Assembly (NCBI RefSeq): GCF_026571515.1
Contig: NW_026860174.1
Span: 1 to 64,000 of the forward strand
Source: Ruditapes philippinarum
Taxonomy: Eukaryota
DNA length: 64,000 nucleotides
Direction: 5' to 3'
Position 1 is the first letter of the stretch; each line of letters opens with the position of its first letter. This document shows, piece after piece, positions 12,811-23,278 of this stretch. Both the position numbers and the translations under genes were made by a program. A model generated the notes under the pieces. The model did not search any database and was not told the origin of the DNA. It saw nothing but the letters and a program-made list of their open reading frames with translations.

Positions 12811-15152
12811 AGCTTTCTTATTTACGAAGAACACCCAATATGCACTCTAACCTATACATAGTAGTTTAGCTCACCTGAGCACAAATTATTGACTTAAGTT
12901 TGATTGTTAACAAACAAGGCTCTTTTCCTCTTTATTATAAGAGAACTTTGCAAATCTTATAAAATAGGCGAGCAATGCTGAGCCACCATGGCCGTCTTTG
13001 TATATTTTGATGTATAAGCAGACATATACATTTTTGTCATCATTAAAATAACTTTGCTTTCAACCTTAAAGAAACAACTAAACAATTAAACGTAATTTGT
13101 TATTGTTATAAAATGTGTCTTTCTTAGCATAAGATTTATGTGTAAAATTGAGACTGTTGCATATGCATGAAAGAAAATAACTTAATATATGCATGTAGTT
13201 GTTTTTATTTACTTTTTTGCTAAAAAAACAAATTTCAAGCATGTTAACATACTTCTCTATTTTTGCCACTAGAATCCTACATAGGCATTTGGCTGCAGAA
13301 GACGGGTATTAATTTAAAGAGTCACCACTGAGATTTTTTGACATGACCGGATTGAAAATATTTCTCTGTGATTTGTGTACCAATTAATGCAAGTCTGGAC
13401 CAATAATTTGTGTGCAAATTTTCAGATAATTTGGTCGCCCCCAGCAAAATTATTTTTATTGTGAAAAATAGCCCAGAATGAAGCGTTGAATTGCTTTCCA
13501 CTGAAATCCGCGTGGGAATCACACAAAATTGATTTTGAATTTAATTCTGAGTACAGTCTAAACCCGATTATTCGAATTGCTGGCGACTGAAAATTTACTC
13601 CGAATAATCGATGGATTCGAATAGTCGAAATCCGAATATTGTGATAGACAAAAACTACTCCATTTTGGCAAATTATAGCAAAACTATCGCTTACAACACA
13701 TTGTTTCGAGCAATTAATCGAGAAAAAATAGATATTTATGAAAAGATGCGTAAAAATAAGTTTTTATTGGTATTGAAAGCATAAATACTTGCATTTTATT
13801 CTACATTATGTATTCTTTGTTATCGCTTGCAAATTTTTCATTTTAAGTGCTTCACTTGATATTTGTAAGATTTTCAACTTTTATGTCTCATAGCAAGACG
13901 CTATTGTTACAAAAATGTCTCCATTGCATACAACAAAGCGATTTCTGGACTAATCTTTAGCTCATCTGAGCACGAATAGCACAGAGGTGTGCTTTTGTGA
14001 TTGGTATTTTGTAAATTGTTAAACTTTATATTTTGTATCAAAAGAAAAGTGTGGTTTAAAGATAAAATCAGTCTCTTATCAGCCCAAAATTTAATTTTCT
14101 AAATTTATGTGTCTAAACTGTTAAATATTTAAATATTTAAATTGCTTATCAATCCAATATTTAAACATTTTAAGTCTTAAATAAGCAATGAATCACCATT
14201 CTTTCTGCAAGTGAAAGAACTGGATCCGATCTTCCTTTCAGATTATTAATAAGAAATATTTTCCTTGCTTAATATTTAATCTAATAAATGATGATAAATG
14301 AGTAGACGCTAGAAAAAGTGAAAAGGAAATATTTGTCGAAAAAAAACTTGGTGTAAATATCAATGAGAGAAAGAAACTTCAAGAATAAAGATATTACCGT
14401 CAGAGGTTTAGCTAACCATTAAGGCATTCCCTATTTGCCAGTCTTGTTCTCGAAGATATCCCTATCCCCCCCCCCCCGCCCGAACTAACAATTTTAATTT
14501 CATGCAAGTGAAAGTTGTCGACAGGGTTGCTTTCATTGTCGGAGGCATCAAAAACACGGAGCGAGATTCGAACTTTAAAAGACGGTAAAACAACACTCGG
14601 ACCCCTGATCAAAAGAAACGATTTCCTGGCACAATAACCATAGGTTATTTTTATATTAACCGTGGTAGTAGTACACATACAAACATTCCAAAACGTTTAC
14701 AGCCATGTGATTTATGAATCGAACAAGTGAAAAGTTAAACGTTTACGGCCATGTGGATTTATGAATCGAACAAGTGAAAAGTTAAACTTACTATATTTTA
14801 TACCATGCAACATAAACACATTGCATTGTTACATGCAGTATTGCTTTCCGTGGCATTCTTAGGTATAAAATGCAAGCTTGATTTCACACCTCCATTCATC
14901 AGCTCACAAACAACCATGGAAAAATCACCCTAATACGGTAGTTATATGCCCTTCAATGATTAAGACATTACCCTTTATGTTATTGGGACACAATTTATCT
15001 CCGATAACAGAATAAGACCTTGTGTTCTTTTGGATTTGCTAAACAAAAAGGAACAGTTTTCCGTAAGAAAATGTGAAGAAGGAAACTTGGATATATTTTT
15101 GAAATCTTTTCGCTGTAATTTGAGAAGGTATCAAGGAACATCATTGCAAATA

Positions 15153-17366
15153 ATGCGTCGGTTTATATTGATTAGTTTACTATTTCATGTATATTTAACT
15201 GTACAAATATACTCCGGGCTTTTATTAGGAAATGATTGGTGTCGCGAAATGGATAACAAGTCGTTGGTGTGCAATAATAAAATACCCGAAAATATTCCAG
15301 ATGGGATAGAAAATGTTAAAATAATGAACATAGTACCAAAGGTAACGCATATAAAGAATGACAGTTTCTATGGAAACCAATGGGCACGTTTGAAAAGTCT
15401 TTGGATTGGAACGATGGATTATACAGAATCATATATACCGTGGTTAACACTATACAACAATACGTTCAGTAACCTATATGCACTGGAATCCCTTACTGTA
15501 TATATGCCAGCACTTGAACGCATTGAACGTGACGCATTTCGAGGTCTTGAAAATTTAACTGAGGTGAGTTTTATGGCGCTTGACAGAACGTCAGTGTATT
15601 ATTTATTTCTGGTTTTTGAGAACACTGAATCAATGCCAAACTTACAAACTTTTAGAGTTAATAAACTGAACATATTTTCAAAACCACCGATGACTTCAAC
15701 ATCACTGGACCGTAGGGTTTTTCAAGCTTTATCGTTGAGAAACATATCAGAAGTGCATATGACAGAATCATCTTTCGATGTCCTCGACTTCAAAGCCTCT
15801 TTGCTAGTATGCAATCAAATTCGATTTGTCAATGTTTCTCGCTCGACTATCATTAGAAATGTTAACAGAACGTCAACTCCTTGTTCGTCACTTGAAACTG
15901 TTCTCCTGACAAAGTTTCATAAGAAAAGTCAAACAACCCATCTTCATTATGAGAATGTTCGCTTAAAATGGAAGTTATATACCAAGTTTTATTATTTTAA
16001 AAAGGCAAAAAAGTTGAATATTGATTTTTGGTTCAAAGATGTTTCGACAATTAAAAACACCCATTTAACAATTGAAAGTCAAGCATTTCAACTGAAAGAG
16101 ATATCCATGCAAAATAATAAATTAAACTACATCGACTTAGTTCTTAGAACCAATATATCTGTCAACTTAGAAAAAGTTGAGCTACAAAGTAATGGTATCA
16201 GATATCTTAATGGTGGGTCATTCATATCTACGCCTTTATTGAAAACGTTGAATTTGTCGGATAATCAGTTATTCCAAATGCAAAGTCGCAACACATCGTC
16301 GTTTACGAAAGTATTCTTTTATCTAACAAAACTGCAAGTTCTTGATATTTCTTGGAATGAACTTACTTACATACCATTCAACACCTTTGACGAAAATAGT
16401 GAATTGCACGAATTATATATTAGAAACAACAATATGGGCCAAATAGCTCTTAATTCAAGCTTCACGTTGTCGATAGTTGATTTGAGGTTTAACAAAATTA
16501 GCTCCCTGAACGTAGTCAGTCGTCAATGGTTTGACGAAAATTTCAGTTTTCATTTCAATACGTCTAAGTTTGATGTCAATATCCAAGATAATCCGTTACA
16601 GTGCTCCTGCAGGAATCAAGACTTCGTGCAATGGCTTGTACACACACCGTTGATAAGAAACTCGTCCTATAAATTAGCTTGCTTTGACCACGAACATGCT
16701 GAAATAACGCCTCAGTTCAGTAATGACTTAAAGGAAGAATGTTTGCGGCCTATAATTATTAGAAACATAGCGCTAACTTCTTCAGTTGGGTTTGTTGCAG
16801 TTTCTTTACTTACATCTGCTGTTTTTGTCGTCTGCCGTCGTCACAGAAAACGAATTCTTAAAAATCGAACAATTGATGAAATAATTGCCCTAGTTCAGGA
16901 CGGAGCATATCAATTTGAATTTCCTGTGTTCGTGTCATACTGCAACGGTGATGTCGACTTGGTCATGGCACATATATATCAACCTCTAGTAAATCATTTT
17001 CGGGAAATATTTGACACACCAAGGGAGTTGGTATGTATTGGCGACCGCCATTTTACACCTGGACGTAGTATTTATCATGAAATTCATAGATGTCTGGAAA
17101 GCAGTGCAGTTATAATTACCGTTGTATCCAATGAATTTTGTCAGAGTCAATATTGTGTAAATGAACTGGAGCAGGCTTATGACTTGGGAAAGCCAATTTT
17201 GATGATTTTTGTGGACATGGTTGATGAAAATGAAATGACACCTATTATGAGACAATTATTCAAAAGGTACACGCGCGTGAATATGCGGATTATTGACGGC
17301 GAAGTTCAAATTGTGCCATGCTGGGACAGAATCTGCAGATCAATTCTCGAAATGTTGCCACGATAA
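15153..17366 (+). CDS. Toll-like receptor, single-cysteine-cluster type, intronless, ~737 aa
   Basis: The likely start is ATG 15153 (MRRFILISLLFHVYLTVQIYS, signal peptide); the ORF-track start at 15030 is a TTG. LRRNT (CREMDNKSLVCNNKIP), multiple LRRs (LEKVELQSNGI, LKTLNLSDNQL, LQVLDISWNEL), LRRCT (NPLQCSCRNQDFVQWL...C...C), TM helix (IALTSSVGFVAVSLLTSAVFVVC) followed by RRHRKR, and a TIR domain (FPVFVSY; CIGDRHFTPG BB-loop with Pro; VSNEFCQSQYCVNEL). Confidence 0.96.
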   Translation: MRRFILISLLFHVYLTVQIYSGLLLGNDWCREMDNKSLVCNNKIPENIPDGIENVKIMNIVPKVTHIKNDSFYGNQWARLKSLWIGTMDYTESYIPWLTLYNNTFSNLYALESLTVYMPALERIERDAFRGLENLTEVSFMALDRTSVYYLFLVFENTESMPNLQTFRVNKLNIFSKPPMTSTSLDRRVFQALSLRNISEVHMTESSFDVLDFKASLLVCNQIRFVNVSRSTIIRNVNRTSTPCSSLETVLLTKFHKKSQTTHLHYENVRLKWKLYTKFYYFKKAKKLNIDFWFKDVSTIKNTHLTIESQAFQLKEISMQNNKLNYIDLVLRTNISVNLEKVELQSNGIRYLNGGSFISTPLLKTLNLSDNQLFQMQSRNTSSFTKVFFYLTKLQVLDISWNELTYIPFNTFDENSELHELYIRNNNMGQIALNSSFTLSIVDLRFNKISSLNVVSRQWFDENFSFHFNTSKFDVNIQDNPLQCSCRNQDFVQWLVHTPLIRNSSYKLACFDHEHAEITPQFSNDLKEECLRPIIIRNIALTSSVGFVAVSLLTSAVFVVCRRHRKRILKNRTIDEIIALVQDGAYQFEFPVFVSYCNGDVDLVMAHIYQPLVNHFREIFDTPRELVCIGDRHFTPGRSIYHEIHRCLESSAVIITVVSNEFCQSQYCVNELEQAYDLGKPILMIFVDMVDENEMTPIMRQLFKRYTRVNMRIIDGEVQIVPCWDRICRSILEMLPR

Positions 17367-20300
17367 CTCAAATTTGAATCAGAAACATTTCTGATTTTAG
17401 AATGATACTTTATGACTTATGCGCAGCATTACACCGAAAAAAAATCCGTTTTCAAACTATTCTAAACATTGGACTGGAAAATTCGGAATGAAGAACTTTA
17501 TTCTTTTTGTGTAGAACAAATATACGAGATAACTGAAGAAATTGTTTCTGAATCGAATTTAATCCAAATCTTATTTTAAACATTTGGACTGTTAGAAATA
17601 ATTGCCAATATTTGGCATTTTCAATCTACGTTTTAACATTTTCGTGCCTTCATCATATCATTGACATCTATTCCAGTCATGTGTGTTTGCATATGACATG
17701 TGTGTGCTTGTTTTGTATTGTTCAAAACTTGTCATGTAAGTCTTTTAAGTAATTTCTTTATTATTTGGTGCGCCGTGTATGTCTCATCCTATCCATGAGA
17801 GCCAGTTACAAGTAACATATCAAGATACTCTTGCAATGTAACAAAACGAGATAACTAGATAAACAATTGAAGCTAGAAAGCCAAAAAATATATGTGGAGT
17901 CAGGTCAGACTGCAAGGATCAGGTGGCTAAGACCATGTAGGGGTATAAAACTGAAGTAACTCACGTTGACGGCTCGTTAACTATTGCGAATTTAATTCTT
18001 TTATTATGGAATTGTATCGGCTATACTTGTTTATTTGTATATCTTGTTTGATTTTTTCACGTTTTGCTTTTGATAAAACCGAAAATGTCAAATTTCTTTT
18101 AAAAATCAAATTAAATACATTGTTTCTTTTTTCTTTTATGCTGTTCTCTATCTTATTAAAATAAATTTTGCAATCTTGTTTAAGTTATATCAGCACTACG
18201 GGAAATGGATATCTCACATCAAATTTTATCTGTTTGGTATCATCATATCAATATATCATAGCTAATGTGTCAATTTTCGAAAATAAATAGCTTAAATAGA
18301 TTTGTAGATTAATCTAAGGTGCAGATTATGCAAACTTCTTTATCATTAAATATCAATCTTGTGATTAAAGGATTTTTTAAGCGTTACTGGTAGACGGAGG
18401 TCTCAGGTTCAAGTTTTTTTTTTCAAGTCTCAATATTTTATTTTCAAACTAGGTCTATAAGGGCATAGTGTTATAAACAGAAAATTATATAAACAAATGT
18501 GCATTATAACAACTAAAACTATAAACAAACCTGGTAGAAAACTATTGTTGTTTGACAAGTACAAAGATTAGACTTGGAATACTATTGTATGGCAAATAAA
18601 GAAAGTGACTAGAAAGTGACAAAAATATTACAGTCACACCAGAAAGATCAGTGACAAAAATACTAATGCAGTGACACAGTGCCATGGCATAATTACACAA
18701 TGGGGCATCTGAAGTTTTAAACTGTAACTACATCACGCAAATGCATGGCCAGCAATGATTATTGTCATAATGTGATTACAAATATGAATATTGTAAGGAA
18801 ACCTTAAATAAAGAAAGACAATACTTGACTATAAAGGTTTCACTTCAAGTGTTGCTCCGTTGGCGACAACGTTTTCCGCGGCAAATTGGTCATCCTAATA
18901 ATTTTATATCACAAAATGCATACAAAATCTGAAACAATTGTTTTACGCGTTACGTTGCAATCAGATTAAGATTAAGGATTTCAAGAATTTATACGAACAC
19001 TTATTTGAAATAAGAACAACACTTATCACTGGAATAGTCAGGCTTTTTCATTCTCATGCAACTTTTTGTTTTTTTAAGGTTTCTGCGTTTCGGCATTGAC
19101 ATTGCTTTTCTATATAATATGTGCTGATATGAAGTCACAATGTTCTATATCAATCGTAAACATTTCCCTTGAAGTTCGTTTTGATTTAAAACCTAAGAAA
19201 ATGCTTGAATATGTTTATATATGTTTCAAGTGTGTTTAATGATATCTCCCTTTTTGAACATGTAAAGTTCAATTACTTTGTCTTTTAATCTTTTTATATC
19301 TGTGCATACTATCTTAAATCAAATATAAATTGGAAAAAATGCGAGTTTTTCTTTTGTAATAAAAAAGTATATAGTGTATTTCTATACTGTAGAGACAGTT
19401 CAAACATTTCCTAGCTACTTTAATATTTTACATGCTCAATCAATGCTACGTGATCTCTGTATTATAATGAAGTACAGTAAATACATTAGATTATTATAAT
19501 CATTAAAATTATTATAAATGTGCATGTTTGATTCTATTGACACTCCGTACTTTACAGCACCCATAATTATTTGGTCAAACCGTGAATGTATTTTTTTAAT
19601 TGAAATGAAAAATGAATGAAGAAAAACCCCAAAGACTGACACAATTTAATGCCGTATTGATTGAAAGCATTTTGATAGCGGTTCCCATTTACTTAACCTT
19701 TTTCTTCAATGTTCAAATATTTCAATTCTAGTATAAAGTTTCGTAATCCTAACCGGAAGAAATTACAGTTTCATGAAAACTTCAACTTATTTGAGAAGAT
19801 TAGGTTAATGATCACTGTTATCAAACTGCTACATATTTATCATACGCTGATTAAATAAAGACAGCCTATTAGGATAAAAAGAAGACATTAACAAAATTGA
19901 TATGAATCTTTAATTTATGTCTGATTCGCAAAATAATTCATTGTGAAAGTTTCCTTGTACATGATTAGCCTTTAGTACACTGAGTGCTTGATCACAAGAG
20001 TTAGTTACATGATTTTATACATAGTTTCATTATCGGCTATGAAAAATCTAAACATTTAGAGATTTAGAGTAGATTTTTTAAGTCTTAGCTTGTGCTATTC
20101 ACAACTTAATCAAACGGGACTTTGTAGTTTCCTTTTTGGTAAAGACTAAATCACCATATAACTCGTCTGTTGCTGTTTCAGCTCAAGAGAGCCAATACTA
20201 GTACCAAAACTGGTAACACTATAGTTCTAAGATTAACAGTAACAATATTTCCCAAAATTATGTTCAAACAACGTAATAGTTTTGTAAACGTCACTGATGC

Positions 20301-20522
20301 TGTTTCGAAAAAAATATTTTTAAAACTACTTTTTGCGTGTCATAATCTATATGTGTTTCATTTGTTTCAAACATTTTAAATTGTATTTATCTATCAAGAA
20401 TATTTTTTATTAGAAGCGGTACAATAGTGTGTCGTGATGCGGTCAACGTGAGATGTCGGTAAGATAGTTAAGTCAAAAAACTTTTAAATGACTTCACTCG
20501 GATCAATATTTCCCAGAAGGTC

Positions 20523-20860
20523 GAGAACTATTCAGAGCTACTCAACCAATGGAGACAGAGAAACTGGCATACATGACTGTCTCCTATCGAAGTAGGAGTC
20601 CGAGGGTTCTGTTCACAATATGTGTGCTGACTGATTACAGCGATCGGATCCACTTGAGGACAATCAAGAGACTGAGTCAAGCTGCCGAGTGTGCGTCTAG
20701 CTGGCTGTGGAGAAGAGCTGGAAGCAGTCGACCTCCACACCGTAATACGGTCGGCCCACTCGCCAGCAGATATACATGGATAAGGGCCGAAACATCTATG
20801 ACGGCGAGCACCATGCATGCTTATGATGGAGGTTGGTCAGCAATCTAATAGCACGACAGG
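20523..20860 (+). mobile_element. 5'-truncated, decayed 3' end of an RLE-type non-LTR retrotransposon (HERO/NeSL-like)
   Basis: The translation ENYSELLNQWRQRNWHT*LSPIEVGVRGFCSQ..., then after a frameshift TIKRLSQAAECASSWLWRR, matches the C-terminal restriction-like endonuclease tail (PVEVGxRGF ... AExASxWLW) of HERO-type elements. Stops and a frameshift are present. Confidence 0.75.
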
Positions 20861-22576
20861 CAGGAAATCTACAGGGATCTACATTAGGTGCATTCCAGAT
20901 TTTATTATCTATTATTTATTAACTTATTTCAGTACAATCTCAAATAATCTCGCTCAATTTTGTTTACATAGGGTTTCGTTGCTGTTTGGAAGTCTACCTT
21001 TTTCAGTTTACAAAAGTCGTGATATGTGTAATTAACATAAATGTTGCTTATTATTTAATTCTATATTAAATGCCAATGGAATATTTACTCAAACAAGACC
21101 GGGTATTATGTGTAAGCTTTTATATATAGTGAAATTTCATTTCATTTATTCACGAGATGAAAAAAAAGATAAAACAATCCTACACAATAAAACAACGACA
21201 CCTTTTTTTTACTAATGCGATACTGCGTTTTTAAACCATCATCTTAAACATTAAAACCCTCTATCCAAGATTTCAGACAACATTTTCCAATTTAGCCGTA
21301 ACGATCAGTACAGTAATGTAAATGAGATGGCAATTCAGATATTAAGAACACTCATAAAAGAAAGCTTGCTTTGTTCAATAAAATAAATTATTTCAAACAT
21401 TCTTTACATTTACATAGTTTTTATATTGGCTTTTTTCACATTGAATCTCGTGGAGTATAATTTATATATTATTTTCAGTGACAGATTTTGATTTTTTTTC
21501 TAAATTTTAAAAATTGTACCGAACCTACCGCTTGCGTTTATATTGTGATTGGTTTTGTGAACATACATTTGATTTACATATTAAAATGGGACATTTATTT
21601 TAGTATTGATACAAACAAAAAATATGACTGTTGTCAGTTGATAGCAAGTTCTACAAATAGATCTTATAATGTCTGGATTTACATTTTATCTGTTAACATG
21701 ATTATGATTAAATGTGAGGAAGCACACTTGGACAAATGCAATAAACCTCTTATTATATTTCTCTTACTATGTACGATTATATAATTGTATATAGCAATGC
21801 TATACCAGTTGTATGCATAATACTAATACCGTAGTCAACGTATTTTCGACTCTGGCTTATAAATACAGAAGTAAATCAAAAGTAATTATGTGGCATAAAA
21901 TCATTTTATTAAATGGTCATGTATTCGAGTAAAGTTTCAACGAATGTTTGACTAATTTTATCAAAGTACTAATTAAAAACGGAAAATATATACAATGTAG
22001 TTTAATTTGTTTCGAAAACATTTTCCAAGCTTACAAATATTTATCACCAACAATTTAGTTCAACTGAAACATCAAGTACGATTTTACATTAATATGTAAT
22101 ATAGTGAAGAATGTTTAAAACAGGATAATGCATTTTCTATTTTGGGTGTTTATTTAGAAAAAAGCTTTTCGACGTTTGCGCACTGAGACGGTCATTTAGT
22201 AGTTTAAGTCCTTTATCGACGAAGGATATGTTGTGCTGTTGTTTTGTTTTTGTTTGTTTGTTTTTGTTTTTTTAAATTATCAAGATTGTTCTTTATTTTG
22301 ATGTATTGGTATTCTACATTTTTATTATCTTCTTTGCAGATGGAAAATATCAAAGTCTGATATGAATAACAAATGAATGTGCTAGTGTGAGTCTTGAATG
22401 TGCTCTCAAAATAGCACTCAAACAGTTTTAAATTATCACACTGCTGCGTTGTAACATGCTTGGTGATATCACCTATACTTTTTCGTTGGGTTGTTGTTGT
22501 TGTTATTTATCTTTTTTTGAAGGGGAAATTAGTTGTGGGGGAGTCAAAGCTAAGGTCCAGAAAGTCTTGATGTTAT

Positions 22577-22731
22577 CACAGGAGCTTGAAATTCTATCAA
22601 TAATCGCTCAAAAGTCCGATCTAAAAAAAAAATCCATACCTATATATAAAAAAAATATTTTATATATAGGTATGGATTTTTTTTTAGATCGGACTTTTGA
22701 GCGATTATTGATAGAATTTGAAGCTCCTGTG
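22577..22731. mobile_element. 155-bp foldback MITE with 7-bp TSD (P-element/Galileo-like termini CA...TG)
   Basis: An almost perfect palindrome CACAGGAGCTTGAAATTCTATCAATAATCGCTCAAAAGTCCGATC...GATCGGACTTTTGAGCGATTATTGATAGAATTTGAAGCTCCTGTG. ATGTTAT is duplicated at 22570-22576 and 22732-22738. Confidence 0.88.
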
Positions 22732-23278
22732 ATGTTATGTTCTAAGATAGTTTAATGACATTGAACTCTTGATATTGAACTTTTTATTGACATGTATCAA
22801 TTTTTTTTTTGTTAAATAAAACACCTAATTCATTGATTTAAACTAAACCCCATAGTAAGTAATTTATCAAACTGTAAACAATGTAGAACACATATTATAT
22901 TTTCTACAATGCAATTCAATATTGCATGTGTTGGGTTCTTTTTGGCTAATTTGTACAATATAATTCAATAAGTAAGAAATATAGTGAAAATAAAAGGGAA
23001 ATAACTGGAATTCCAGGTTTGATAATATGTCCGGTTTCAAATAATACCCAGTTAAGTGAATTATTTTGTACAAAAAAGCCAAAAAAGATCATAACCCATA
23101 AGTCTTGCATATTAAAGGTTTTTAAAAATAACACAAGTAACAGTTTATGAAAAAAGCGTTTATTAAAAATATAACTAGAGACGGTACTTATATTACAAAG
23201 CTGGATAGATATGGCACACAATCAGAAATGCAAGCTGAACATTGTGAGTGGCATGCAAAAAAATCCTCGTGAAATGTT

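Noticed and set aside
13553-13640. Tc1/mariner-like TIR start (TA-CAGTCTAAACCCG)
   Set aside because: No matching second TIR was found, so it is too fragmentary to delimit.
15030-15152. N-terminal 41-aa extension of the TLR
   Set aside because: It starts at TTG and precedes a good ATG plus signal peptide at 15153, so it is likely 5' UTR.
17130-17175. TIR catalytic-type Glu (YCVNEL) suggesting NADase activity
   Set aside because: The same Glu occurs in many TLR TIR domains without demonstrated NADase activity, so it is not discriminating.
20430-20858. TGTCGTG...CACGACA termini suggesting a solo LTR
   Set aside because: No TSD was found and the interior is a recognisable non-LTR endonuclease tail; the 7-bp inversion may be chance.
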